64,000 bases of DNA from Auanema rhodensis (Eukaryota > Animalia > Nematoda): positions 14,508,001-14,572,000 of the forward strand of contig OZ059899.1 in NCBI GenBank assembly GCA_964057225.1, read 5' to 3'. Positions 13,073-28,100 of this stretch are shown here, piece by piece. The notes beneath the pieces are model-generated. The model was not told the DNA's origin. It saw nothing but the letters and a program-made list of their open reading frames with translations, and made no database searches. A program made the translations under genes and the position numbers. Position 1 is the first letter of the stretch. Each line of letters opens with the position of its first letter.

Positions 13073-15029
13073 CTCTTTTGAAAGTACATCATTTTAAGAA
13101 AAAGAGAAAAAAAAGAAGAAAAAACTATTCACATACAGTGAAATCAAATATAAATGCCTATTATAACTATAACTATAAAAACATATTGAACAAACTGTAT
13201 ATACTGAACGCGTGCTAGAAATTCTTTAAAATTAGATTCAAAAGATAAAGTTTCGATAATGTCTTCAAGGCGTTTTACTCTGCCTCTATATTTGCTCAAA
13301 CCAAATGATAAGTTTGATAAAAACTGCAAGTTGTGACTGTTAATGATTTAAAGATTAAATCATATAAGATACATTAAATGAATGTAATCAGTCGTTTCAG
13401 CTTCAGCAACTGCCCAGCTTTGTTCGGTTGATTATCAGAAAATGAAACAATTTATGTGAGAGCAAAGTCAGAATACCTTGAGAAAATGAATAAAAAATTG
13501 CTGACAGGTTAAAAGATAAAAATACAAAGACTAGGGTAATGTCCGACTATTAGTAAACGTTCAAGGGTTCACAACAAAATGCTTAAATGGGACACGGCGA
13601 CCATGACCAAACAGTTGTGAGGAAACCCCAAGCGAGAAGACTAGCGACGTATCTAGCAGGCTGTACATCGTTGACAACACACTTCCGTAGGCTATCGTTT
13701 CTCCTCTGTCATTTGGTGTTTTTAGTCGCTTGTATATCTGTAGCCGAACTATCCTCATGAAAGAGGGTCAGAATGTGACATGCAGCGATTAGAAAGTTAT
13801 TTTTGAATGAAAAAAATCGGAAGACGAGAGAAAGAAAAGATTGCTGGAAGTATATGGCGGTACGGCTGAAATGAGAATACGGGCATGACTGATTATAAGT
13901 AGAAGAGGCGATTTGAACTGGCTTTTTCAGACTGTTTGGGAGAGGGGATAGAACACGATATATACAAGGAAGTAGCTTTGAATTTCGAACTTTGATAAAT
14001 ATGACCGGTAACTAGCAAAGTAGAAAATAGAGATATGAGAAGAAATAGAGAGAAAGAAGAGAAAAGAACAAGAATGAGGAGGTGAACAAGCAGTTTTAAG
14101 GACAAGGACGAGATGAGACAAAATGGAAGCGCTTAAGATAGATGAATGAGGTGTCTCGAAGTGTGTTGAAACGAGATCTGGCTGCTTATGTCGTTATCCG
14201 TCTCATCCTCAATCTTTTTTCATCTTCTGCTCCTTATTCATTGTTTTTTTGCCTCATCTTCATAGTTCAGTCTTCTTTTCGACTTCTCCACATCCTAAAG
14301 TCTTCTCTTCTGTTCCTGATCATTAACAATTCATTGATTGACATGAAAAGCAGATTACAGAAGAATTTGATAATCAATCTCCAGCTATTCCGTTGTTATA
14401 ACATTGTCACTAATATGTTAAATAAAGAGAGAAATAAAATAAATATAATTATAATAATCAACTGAGTAAGGTAATACATATAAATAGTATAGTATATATA
14501 TACATATATACTATATATATAATTAATTATATATATATAATACCACCTACATTTAAAAAATAATAACGTTTATAGCTGTAGTTGGTATTCAGTACTTATT
14601 ACTATTAAATATCCAATAAAAATGATAAAGATAACGTGTCTACATTTTTTAATATTTGAACTTGATTGTTATACACTTATAAACTTATATACAGAAAAGT
14701 TTTCAATTTAATAAAGGTAGTAAAATATAAATCAATACTTTTAATAATATTAATTATTATTTTAATCACTTTTAAAAGACAAATGAATGAATGAGAGAGA
14801 AAGAGTTAAAGAAGAGGAGAGCAATGGCTTCGTTTTGCTCCCTTAATCTAAACATGAAACGATAAGAGATAATTTATAAAATAGTAGAAAGAGCAGACTG
14901 AATGCATGCAGCAGTAAGAAGATAAGGCAAACCTACAGCGAATAGTGTACATGGAAGAGAAGTGGAAAAATAGAAAAAAAGGAATACTGGATGATGAAAA
15001 GTGATGTAGACAAGGTAGAGGAATAAAAT

Positions 15030-15031
<2 letters not shown>

Positions 15032-15060
<29 letters not shown>
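15032..15060. repeat. (GA)n microsatellite
   Basis: Perfect dinucleotide run. Confidence 0.95.
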
Positions 15061-15063
<3 letters not shown>

Positions 15064-15637
15064 TGCATTAGAGATAGATAGAAAAGGAAAAGGAACCTAA
15101 GCTATGAAAAGCTGAATACAAACAAATCCAATAAGACAAGCTTCAAGCAATGAGCTAGCCTGTCATGCTATATGAAGTCAAGATTCGAGAAAGACAGGAA
15201 GAAAAAAACTATGTACACTAATCCTATACTCACTCATGATATGATTTGAGCAAATTCAAGGAATAAATAAACAATATAATAAACAAAATAAGTTTAAGTC
15301 ATAAATTAAAATATAAATATTATATTATATATTATATAATTTTATAATGATATTATAATATTACAACAAAAAAAAAGCTACACTTTTATGTTCGTCCAAA
15401 AGCAAATGTGAAAGTATGTTCTATCACTCAAATCCAAATACTTTTAAATGGAAATATGAAACATCGTTATGAATCATATAATAAGCTTATTACTTAATCA
15501 TATTATTAATAGAAAATTCAATAATTTTACTTAATCATTATAGTTTAAGAATTTTGTTTTAACAAAAAAATTGAACTAACCTGCATTTCCTGTTATTCAA
15601 CCGGTCAACGCTTCCACTTTTGCCAAAAATGTGTATT

Positions 15638-15672
15638 CTCGTGCATGGTACGTCATTCACGTGATTACGTGA
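15638..15672. promoter_or_regulatory. ACGT/E-box cluster upstream of mua-3 and the WH2 gene
   Basis: ctcgtg, tacgtca, tcacgtga and tacgtga within 35 nt in otherwise very AT-rich DNA. Confidence 0.4.
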
Positions 15673-17558
15673 TAATATGCTAATTGGAAGAAATCAATAA
15701 TCAACAAAAAATTTAGCTGAATTCTATGAAAATAATGAAAAGTTATAAGTTAAAATAAAATATTTTATAATTCAAAATTAATAATAATATTTATACATAA
15801 AAAATACATAAAAATACAGTTATTCTCATTAATATTATATAATTAACTATATGTATAAATATTTTGATATTAAAAAAAAACAAAATATGGAAGATGTTTT
15901 CTATGCTTTCTATATTATTATCAATCTATAAACTATAAACTAATATTAATTATAATAATTATAAGAAGATATTATATTTTGTTTTTATCAGAAATATTTG
16001 TAGTTTGTATGCGTTCATGTAGCTCCCTTTCTTTATTTCTATATTCATTTCTATGAACCGTTCGTTGAGTTATTACAGATTACTGATCTGAAATATTGAT
16101 TTGTTTAGTTTATTTAAATTTATTTTTATAATTTATAACTATATTATATTCTTATATATATAATTTTAATTATGAATTAAACCTTGTATATGATGTGAAA
16201 GTTATAAGTGTTTACTGGTTAGATTGATTTTTATTTGATTGTATAAGAACAATGAAAAGGAAATATTTTATTCTATTCTTTTAAATTTTGAATTTCCTTT
16301 AAAATACTTTTGATGAATAATAGTAATATTTGAAGATGAAATATGTAAAAAGGGGAGAGTAGTGCGTTATATCGTCATCTAGTGTCAGGTCAAGTACTTT
16401 GTCTTCCATAATTTATTAAATATGAATTGACCGACATTCAAAATTTTACTTTTCACAAACATGAAAATGCTTTTCCGTTTTTTTTTCCAAAAAAAAAGAA
16501 AATGTTGAGAACGGAAACTGTCGTCAACCTTGTAGGAAGGTAATACAAAAAGAAAATGAACGTTTAATTCCTTTTGAATAAAAGCTAATTATCATTATGT
16601 TCCAAAGTTTTTCTTTCTAAAGGAAAAGAAAAATGTGATGTTCTTCTTTCTTTCGGTCATGTTGTAAGTGTCTTTTGTATTCAAAAATATGTTTTTTTTT
16701 CTAGAAATTCTCTTGTATATTTCGACGAATATTTAGTAATAACGTTTTATAATTTGTTTGATTTCTATTCATTTATTCCAACTTTTTTTTGTGTATCCAA
16801 TTATAGTATAATAGATAGATAAAGATCTTGAGTCTATACATACACATACATCTACCTATCTACTAATGTCTACATTCAGTGACTAGCTGAGGTCGAATTC
16901 ATAAGGCCAGCTGACCTTAGGTGACAAAACTAACCTACAGATGAGTTGAATTCCATCGTTTGATGGGTTTCTGGCAATCAAAATAGACTGAACTGACGGA
17001 ATGAAGTTAGAAGTTCAGAATGAAAATCAAGCAGTTAACTTCAATTTTCTAAGATAGTTTAAAAGGTTTTTGACGATGGTGCATGGGCATTGGGGGGGTC
17101 AAGCAATGTACGCAATGTATGAGAATTCTTTCGAGTCTATTGATTCTGCTCACTGTTTCTTTGATTAATGATTGTTCCGAAGGAGTTAAGTAGTTGGATT
17201 TGACCTGTAGACTATGTTATCAAAGGAAATGTTGCCAGAAAGACTATGATGTAGCGAATATCTAGGAAGTAGACTTCTTGAGATGATTATGAACATCTTC
17301 ATAGAATGCATGAGATGGAGATATAGAGTCTGTATCTCCTGTTCACTTGTACTGTCTCTTCTACTTGATCTTACTCTTTATTTCTATTTTTCTTCCTTTT
17401 ACATCTTCATTCATAGTACAATAGAAGAATAGAAACAGATAAAAGACCCTAAGAGGTTAGAGGCCAATAGAGAGCTGTATCCAATATATTGTACATAGTA
17501 GGTAACAAGTAAGAGAGAGATATCTGTAAGAATGTTTCAAAGATCTCAGACTCGAATA

Positions 17559-17613
17559 ATGATGATGTCGATGATGATGACGATGATGATGACGATGATG
17601 ACGATGATGATGA
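17559..17613. repeat. Interrupted (GAT)n trinucleotide repeat
   Basis: gatgatgtcgatgatgatgacgatgatgatgacga... Confidence 0.9.
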
Positions 17614-18015
17614 GGAAAAAGAAAGTAACCAAGTAGTAATATATAGACGAAGACTATACCATAGGCAATCGAGAGAAAGATTGACATGACGTACGAGTGT
17701 GCATGAAGAAGAGAGAGGGCCTCATAGAGAAAGAGAAAGAAAAAAGGATATAGACGTGTGCAAGAGGGGAGGAGGAAGACCTTCTGTATGCGCGCTGGCA
17801 GTTAGATCGAAGACCACGCCTCCAAGCCGCATCTCATCTAGCCATTACTATACTCCTGTAACCTGCAGTAGTATACAGATATCTATAAGATATATCTCAA
17901 TCACACAACTCAACTCATCTTGCGATTGATTGATTAATTCATTTTCTATACTATCACAAGCCTAACTATATAATCCTAGCTATATTATGCTATATACATG
18001 ACTGTAAAATAGCCA

Positions 18016-18532
18016 ATGATTCCATTTAAAGATGCATCGCCAAATCGGCGAAAGTTGTCCACAATTCATTCTTGCTGGCAATTAACCAACATTATCTATA
18101 TTCATCTAGTATTTTTACTATTATTTTCATTAATTGCATCATCTTCTGCCGCAAATTGTACGAAATCACAGTTTGAATGTAGAGCAGGTAATCAGTGTAT
18201 TGCCATTCAAAAATGGCAAGATGGCATTGATGACTGTTGGGATTCATCTGATGAAGGTAAGACTTGTTCAAACAATATCTCAACTAATTATAACGTTTTA
18301 ACTATAATATTCTACATGATTATATGTTGTTTGAAGTATAATGTCATCTATTTTTATTTTAAAATATTTTTGTCTTTTGAACAGTTATCTATAAACTAGC
18401 TGTAATAGTTAGGTGAACTGGCCAGTTACTAACCGGTCATTCATTTAATTCTAGATTCTATTTATCCATTATTGATATTATTTTCTATGAAATATTTCAA
18501 TTTTAATATTTATATTTTAATTCGTTAATTTG

Positions 18533-18592
<60 letters not shown>

Positions 18593-20844
18593 TCTCTCTT
18601 ACTATTTTTCTCTCTCTCTTCCTGTACCTCTTTCATTTGCTTTATCACATATCCCTCATTCTCTCTGTTCGTGTTGAAAATCTTCTACATAATTCTCCTT
18701 GTGCTGAAGTTTTTCTTTTTGCGGCTTACCTTCAACTCAAAGATGTTTTGTTCAGTTTTTCTTTCTAACAATTATGGAAAAAAAGCGTCGAAATCTCTGT
18801 ACTATAATCCTTTCGCATGCTGCCAGTTTGCGGGATAGAATATGATCTTAGACATGCCGCATAGTTAGTCGTAGCCTGGCTAGTATCTCTGCTCATAGTT
18901 AGTAGGTGACCATCATCTCTCATCGGTATGGGCCGTCGGTTATGTAGAATAAGAAGATGATTTTTCTTCCTTCCTAGACCAATTACTTTGCCTTTTTCAA
19001 TGTTCTTTTAACTGGCATGCAGTCCTTACTCGACACAGACGGTACCTTATTCTCTTGAAGTCGGCAAGGACACTAATTATACTTTTGGGTTTTTCTATAT
19101 GCTGTGTCTTGATCGGGCACCATGTACAGACTGGTAAAGAAAGAAATATGAAAGGTAATAAGGGTCATCATACACATCTTACTCAAGTTTCATCACGTCC
19201 ATCTAGCAATATATTGTCTCAAAAGCATTAATCAATGGATTTACCTTCTAACATGGATTACTAGCTCAAGTTTGAAATTGAAAACCTGCAATTAAGATCA
19301 ATTTGGCTAATTTGTACATTGCTTTTCTTTGTTTCCGTTCCATCTTGCCTATGAATTTGCCTATTAAGAATGGCCATCTTCAACAAAAACTTCACCTCCA
19401 CATACGACTGTTTCGCTGAAAAAAATTTATTGGATGCCATTTTAATTATAGTTAAACTTTAACTAATACTATGCTATTTTATATGAAAATTACCTATATG
19501 TCCTTCTTTCTTTTCTTTAATATTCAATACAGAATTCAATTGTTTAATGCTTTATTCCATTTTTGAAGTTAATAAACTTAAACATGTTCATATTTAACTT
19601 CTTGTCCTTGGTTCTTGTAGTCTTTCCTTAGAAGTAGCACATATTCATTGGCCATATTTGGATACATAGAACTATAATGATTCTCATAGAAATACTAATA
19701 GATGCTGGTCATGTAACCCCACTGTGAGCCTTTGTATTGTATTAAGATAGTTAAGGTTAGCATAGTTCAAGCTAATTCTTCGTATCTATTCCATAGCAAT
19801 GAATTGATGACCTTCCGAATGAATTGAGCAAGACATTCGAAGAGAATATCTTTTGATATGTCACAACTCTCAGTTGTCGGTATTCATATCTGACAGATTG
19901 AATTATGAAAATATATGATTTTCTTATTGAAAAAGAAGGTGAACTTACTACCTACTGTGATACCATAATGTTGTTTTCAAACTCAAACTTAAGATATTCT
20001 TCTTCTCTCATCTCTTAATACTTTTATGAAACTCAGTATTCTTTGTATAATTCTCTGGATATGACTTGTCACTTGATGTTGACGTCAAAATTCTTTTTTT
20101 TTTCTGTAAAATTGCTTATATTTTGGTTTTTTATGGTCTAAATGGCGGAAGAAGCTTTCTCTCTCTCTCTCCTTGTTTTTCTCTCTCTCTGTCTCTCTCT
20201 CTCGCTCTCCTTTTCTCGCTCGCTCTGTTCTTTTGTTTCGTTAACGTTTCTTTTCCTTGCAATGCTTAATGCATCAACCATACATGTGGCAACATGCTAC
20301 CTTAGATGCAGACACACAACATATACAGGAAAATACTAGTCTCATCTTCATTTCCTTGTCCTCCTGTAGAATCGAAAAGAAGAAGAAGAAGAAGAGGAAA
20401 AAAATAAATTGTTGTTCATATGTGTATGTATAGATATAGATGGTTTCCTGTATGCAAACATCATCTCAACCATCTATAATGCTTTGATTTGAAAACAAGT
20501 AAAAACAGATTTGACCTTCAAACATTTTCAAAATGAAAACAACATTTTGATACATTTGAAAGAAATTAACATAATATACTATATCATATAGTTATATTAG
20601 GTTGTTGTTATTCTGATCATAGTTACTCTAACATGAAATTGTTTTTCATTTTTAAAGAAGTTTTTATCTATTTTCAAGGAGATTTTTAAAAATATTTTAA
20701 TGGGCTTAACACGAATAGTGTAGAGATTAACCTTCATTTCATTTAATGCGTCTTCAGATCAACCTCACTCGAAGTTGATCTGTAATGCTATCTGAAGTGA
20801 CGTTGCATGGCTTCTGAATTAATCTTGGGAGTAGTCGACAATCA

Positions 20845-20891
<47 letters not shown>

Positions 20892-22029
20892 GAATTCTTT
20901 CTTTCAAACAATTTGTAATAGGCTTTGTTGAAATACGGTGATTATCTAATCAAAATTTCTGAAAGTTAGAGACAAGCCTTGTATATAACTAGTTGGATTT
21001 TAAACTATCTATATGACAACTTAATTATTATATATGTATATTGAAGTGTTTAATAGTAAATATATATATATATATATATAATATGTATGAAGAAATATAA
21101 TTAATATATTTCTGATTGAAATTCATTCAATTGCCCAATGATATTCAGTAAGAATCTCTGGCAAGCTTACTCTTACTTTCTCCAACTTTCATTCAGCCTA
21201 AATCATTCCTTATTCTATTCAATTTCATATCTTATTTGACTTAATGACAGTAGTAAAGGTATATACCAGCCTTGTGGTTAGCCATCAAGCATGAAAATGT
21301 CTTTATAAGCCTTCAAACTTTTTCCAAGTGGTTATACATATAGAATTAAATAAAAGTACAGATACTTGGTTATATAATTATTCGACAAATTTCGAGTAGC
21401 AATTAGAAAGGGAAAAGCTGTCTTAAGCTTAACTCTAAGTGAGCTTTATCTAGTTTTTAAGAGTTTTAATAATACAAACAATCTAGAAAAGTATTTTTTG
21501 TCTGTTTTTGAAATGAATCACCTTGTCATATGTATTACCGAGGGGGGGGGGTGAGATACCTGCATATTCGATCACACAATTCTCTCTTTCTATTAAATCT
21601 GAAAGAGAAAGTAATGGAAAAATGTCTCAAATGGTTGTCTTCTATATTATAGTATATGTAGTATAGATTTTGACTTTTTTTTTCATCTATTCCAAGAAAA
21701 CTGTTGTATAATTCTAATGTAATGTGACCAATTTTGTGGGAAAATGTTACTTGAATAAGAAAGAAGGGGTAAAGGATAAAAGTTCTCGATGATGTTCATT
21801 TACTGACTGAAAAAACGATGATTTAGTAGTAGGTTGTATAGAATACGAGAGAGATAGAGGCTAATACAACTAATTCTCTGAACTAGTAGCCAATGTCTCC
21901 ATCTCGATTGTCCTCTTTCATTAATCGAAAAATCCGTTTTATAACTCTTTGTAGACTGTCGGTATCGTCAGAATTTTATTTAAGCCAATGAAGAAATTGG
22001 GTATTAGATTGAAGACACAAGGTAATATT

Positions 22030-22100
<71 letters not shown>

Positions 22101-25100
22101 ACAGGAAGACTAGACGATGAAGATGAGAAAAAAATAGGATTTTTGAAGTTATTACCAAGGTTAATGTTTGGATGCTATCAAAACAACTTGTGACGACGGA
22201 AGCTTTTTCTGAGCTCACACGCATTCCGATCGCTTACATCGCTTTTTTTCGATGATATATCGTTTGCTATCAAGCTAACCGGTACCATTCGTATAGACAT
22301 CATCTGAAGCAATTGAATGTGAGAAGGCATGTCTCTCTTGACATTGAACATATTGAACATGACGAACATGAAGGTTTTTCCAATAAACTTAAGTTGAATT
22401 AGAAATCCTTAAGTTTCATGCGAAATAACGCATTGAGAAAATGCTTGTAATGCTTGTATCGGTCAAGGGATGTGCATCAACATATCTTTTGAATAATCTC
22501 AGTTATCTATTCACGTTTAAAGTAATCATCAAGTGTGCACATTGACTAATGAGCATCCAAAATGAAGACAATTTTCGTGTGTAGTTTTATCCTAAACGGA
22601 AAATGATTGGATATGTCAGGTTACCACATTACATACCATTGTATTTCAACAAAGAATTAAATGAAATGGCAGATGAAGTGTTCTAAACATAGGGGGATGA
22701 GAGATCGAAGTAACATAAGACGATTGTTGTATAAACAGCATTCACCATTGTTCTTTCTATATCAATGTCTGGCAGCCTTTTCTTCGAAATACCTGCAACG
22801 CAAACATCATTTTAACAGCAGGCACGCTATCTACTCTATATGAGTAATTTCCTTATGAGAGAAGATGGCTAAAATTCCTTTGTATCTGATGCTTTTCATT
22901 CAAGCTGCTTGCAAATCTTCTTGGCAAAACATTACATGGCTGCACAGTACCAGCATCTGGCTGAGATGTGACTCAGATAAGTTTAATCAAACATCTGAAA
23001 ATGTTTGAGATATGATAAGAATTAGGTTGGAAATGGAAAATCAATAGAAACAATTCTAGAATTTCAAAACATTTTTCCCTCAAAAAATGTTGAATAACAA
23101 GCCGAATAAGACTGGAATACTCATAACATGCTAACTGTCTCCTCAGTTACAGTTACATGTATTTGAACTTGTTAAGCTAACTTTCACTTTGTAATTTCAA
23201 CTTTCTCTGTTTTCCCATGAAAAACATTGTGTCTGCTGTACTTTCGGTCCGTTTCTATCCAGATGACTGAACCGGCCATCTGGTTCCGTTCAGTTGACGT
23301 ACATTATCATAACTAGTTAACTGACCGCAATTGAGTCATTCACTGAATATCCAGTAATATCCATGTATAACATTGATAATTATATAATATTTTATATAAA
23401 TATTTATAAAATTAATAGAATAAAGACAAAGAATAACCGATAGATCAAATCATATTGACTCTTTGAAATCTTGTTTACAAACTAATATAAGCATGAGTAT
23501 GAGACTTCCCGCAGTGTTATAGTAATAATAATATAAATTATATTAATTAGCATAATAAGTTATGCTTTTTAATACTATTTAAGGATTTATATGTTCATTT
23601 TTCATTCATTTATATGATGATATATAGTAAATATGTCAATGTGACATCACTTTTCATGGTCTGCTCAATTCAAATTTCTAACATGAACCTAGGCTGTAAT
23701 TGTCTTCTCCGTTCCAACTTGCCCTTTTTGATTGAAATTACGACGCAAACACTTACTATAATTAGCTATGTTGACAAAAAATAAACAATTTTGGTCAAAT
23801 TCTATGAATAACTATGTCAAATAGTTATTAACAAGTTTCTAGTTTTAAAAACTTTTTCTATACATGCTAGATGATGAGGGAAACTTTTTACTTTTTAAGA
23901 TTGTTTACCATGGCAATATGATTGTAAATTTGGTGCTCCACGTTGTGTACCTCGAAAAGCTGTTAATGATGGCAAGATTGATTGTTTTTCAGCATTAGAT
24001 GAAGGTTTAAAAATTAAAATTTTATTATATCATTTAATTATACAATGATATAGGTTGTCCATCTCATTACTTTGTATGTCGTGATCGATCAGCTTGCATA
24101 GAGCCTTCTCGATTTCAAGATGGTACTGTGGATTGTAAGGATAGAAGTGATGAACGTATGTTATATCTTAACTATATTCTTCAAATACTCATACCTAATG
24201 CTTGTTTTAGCATGTTTACAAGGCTATTTTCCATGTAGTGACGGTTCAGGATGTATATCTAGCTCAAAATTTCAAGATGGTCATCCAGACTGTCCCGATT
24301 CCAGTGATGAAGGTTTGTCATATTATATAGTATAGATAGATGTAGATGTCTATGTATATATACATATACATATAATAATAAAATATATTTATAGAATGTA
24401 CAGTATCTCAATTAACTTGTAAATGTGGAAGAGTTCGATGTATTAATAGTCAACATATTGGAGATGGTACATGGGATTGCGAAGATGGAAGTGATGAACT
24501 GATTAATTCTGAAAATGAAACTGATAGTATGTTCATTTTTATAATTATATATAGTTATATATGAATATTTCTATTTATATTAACTTAAAAATAACTTAAT
24601 TATCATCACGTGAGTATGACATGCCGATAGGCTAATTCAAAAGATGTTATGCTAATTTGACGTGAATTTGACGTGAAGCATCATTTTTATGAATTTGTCA
24701 TATTTAATGAAATTACATCATATGATTGGGTTGCGTTCTACAAATTCATCAATCCCATTAACTATATCGTAAGTAGAATTATCTAGTAATTTATATTATT
24801 TATAGTATCAGAAGTTTGTTCGAATGGAGAATTAAAACGAAATGGTGGAAATTCTTTATTAATTGGACAACTACAGATTTGTGCAGAACCAAATGAATGT
24901 TTAGAAGAAATTGGACAAATATGCATTGTATAAAGAATATATTATTTTTTATAAAAGTTAACTATATGTGTTTAGATGGTTGGTGGTACAACACGATGTG
25001 TATGCAAAATGGGTACTGTAAGACCATTGGGATCATCAAAATGTATTCCAATTGAATTAATGGATAAATATATTGAAAATCCACTTAATAACTGTACTGA

Positions 25101-28100
25101 AGCTAAATTATTATTAAAAAAACAATTTGATAATCGTAAGTATTTAACTATATGATATATAGCATAATCAATATATATATATTTATTTAATTTTCAGCAT
25201 CAATAGCTGATATTGAAAGAAGTATTACTTCAGAAATACGACGAGCTCCAACAAAGCATTATCATGTATATAATACATAATTTTATATTATTCTATTAAT
25301 TATTATAATTATAGGCTTCATCTCATACACATGATTCAGCATCTACACTGTATTTTGATGTTGGAAACATTTCCGTTCCATACATGTTCAGTGAAGATGA
25401 TGCTGGAGCAGCAAAAAAAGAAGATGAATGTGATCCAATACATAAAAATAGCTGTTCAAGTAAATATTATTATATTATACTAATTATATACATACATATA
25501 TATATTTTTTTAATTTTAAATTACCAACATTATAGAAAAGCACATGGCCTGTCTCATTAATCCCGATGGTGTATTTCGTTGCGGATGTGAGGGTGGAAGT
25601 AGCCTTGTTAACGGTGACTGCATAGGTAAGGAATAATGATTATTCTAGTTAAAACAAGTTCTATAACTATATGCATATTTTAAGAATTAATCAATGAATG
25701 TATTCATCCTAATCTCAATGATTGTAATAGCTCAGCTATATGTATGGATAGTCCTTTATCATATGAATGCTTATGCTTAGAAGGATATCTTGATGTCTCA
25801 GATGATCCATTAACGAAGCCAGGAAGGAAATGCATAAAATGTATAATTAATATAACTATATATATTTAATTATTATAATAATATTATTATTTTAGTGATA
25901 AATGAATGTGCTACTGCTAGTCTCAATGATTGCCATCATAATGCCAAATGTATTGACCGTCCTGCTGGATATACTTGTAGATGTAACTCTGACTTTGTTG
26001 ATGTATCACCTCTAGGTGTTAGCCATCCTGGAAGAAAATGTATCGAACGTAAGACATCAGTTTATACAATTCAATAAACATTCAAATATTATTTTAAGGT
26101 GTAAATGAATGTAAAGAAGGTACTCATGATTGTGATCCATCAGCTATCTGCTATGATGAAGCTGTTGGCTATCGATGTCGTTGTCCTTTTGGATATCTTG
26201 ACAGCTCTCCTGATCGTGAAAAGCGAGGTCGTGCTTGTGTTCAAAGTAAGGATTCATCTTTTAATTAGAATAAAAACGTTATAGTTATGCTATTAGTTAA
26301 ACCTATTAGTATTCCTTTACACGTTGGGGGATTCTTCTTTTTTCTTGATTTTGCGCAGAAGAATTTGTTATGGAATGGGGGTATAGGATAGGATAGGATT
26401 GTTGTTAGAGAGGTAGAAGTATGTTCTAGAGAAAGAGAGAGAGAGAGAGAGAGTAGTTCTATAAATATTTTCTTTTGAAGTTTTTTTTTAAATGAGTTAA
26501 AGTTATATTTAATATATTTGTTTAACATAGTATAATTGTCTTTTAAGATATCTTTATCCATTTTTTTTATCGTTTCAATGTATATTGGATGATAAAGAGA
26601 AGAGGTTGATTACTTTCATTTCTTTAGTCCCCCGTTCGTTCTAATGTCCTGTGTGCCGCTTAATGATCATAGTTCAGATTTGAACACAAAAAATGGAAGT
26701 TAGAAGAGATAGAGAGTCGGGTAGAAGCGAGGGGGGGGGGGGGGGAGTGGTGCTGAAGATGTTGGCTGTGGGCTATCAACAAAATGAATTGCAGAGGAGA
26801 TATTAGTACAAGAAGATGTGATTCATGTAGCAGTCTCAACATGATTATCTCATTACGCAGTCTTTCAAGTTAACCGATTTTCCTATTATGAAATGAGTTT
26901 TATAGCTTTGATATCATGTTCGAGAACAGGAGTAACAACATACCATATATAGACATCTCGAGAGATTTCTCGCTTCTCTTGTTGAATCAAATCTGGATTA
27001 CGAACTGATAGTGCATGATTACATGACAGGTTCATGTGTTTTTCTGTCTGTTAAGCTTATACAAAGTGTCTCTCCTTCTATATAGATATATTTCCTTTTG
27101 TATATATAAAAGAGATTCACCGAAATGCCTTTTTTTTTGATAGCCGTTGGGTGGGGACTGATGACTGTGTTCGGTCATCGATTTCACGCGGGTCAGTAAC
27201 AACGCCCGTGCCTGTCCCGGAGACTGATTAATCATGAAGCCCCCACAGATGATGATCATCGTCAAGAGTAGAGATGTCATGAATGCAAAAAGTTGGTTAG
27301 ACAGAAGATAGATGGGGAAAATGACAAAAAAAGCTATGTAGAGAGAGAGGGGGAGAGAGAGAGATAGGGGATAGTTAAGATTAAGGATGAAAATGGCTGA
27401 AACTAGTGGATACATTCAATCAGCTGGCTTTCGAAATTAACATGAAACATATGAATAGTTAAGATAATTATACCTTTATTTTAGTGTCGGTTGATTGTCA
27501 GAATTGTAATTCGGAAACATCTCAATGTATTATAACAAATACTGGCAATGTTGCTTGTATCTGCAAAGATGACTATATAGATTTGAATCCAATGAAGTCG
27601 GGTGTTAATTGTACCAAGAAGACGGGTTAGTTATATTTGTTTATAACTTATAACATAAATATATAAATATAGTATATACTATTACATACTATATTATTTT
27701 TGTCAAAAAAAAGCTACAAAACTTCAATGTTGTCTTACAGTTTGTAGTTTTTGACCAATTTTTTGTCATCTATTTCTATTTCTCTCTATCTTTTTACCTC
27801 ACCCTTTTTCTCTCTATTTCTATTTCTCTTGTCAAACAAACATTCGATACAAACTTTACTTGGTATCATTCCTCATTATTCCTAACATGGCTGTATTTCC
27901 TTTTGACAATTCGGTTCATTTGACAATCCCCTTGCTTGAATACAATCAGCCGGTTCTCTTATGGGCTTTCGAAATAGCCGAACGAGGACGTTACTGTAAC
28001 TGTTATCTAAGTTCCGTTTTAACAAAGTTCTAACCTTTAATAGATATACGTATGTATATTTAAGAAAATGATATTACAGATAGATTAACTATAACTAGTT

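Noticed and set aside
12788-22224. ORFs rich in SLSLSL, ERERER or HHHR
   Set aside because: Translations of (CT)n, (GA)n and (GAT)n microsatellites.
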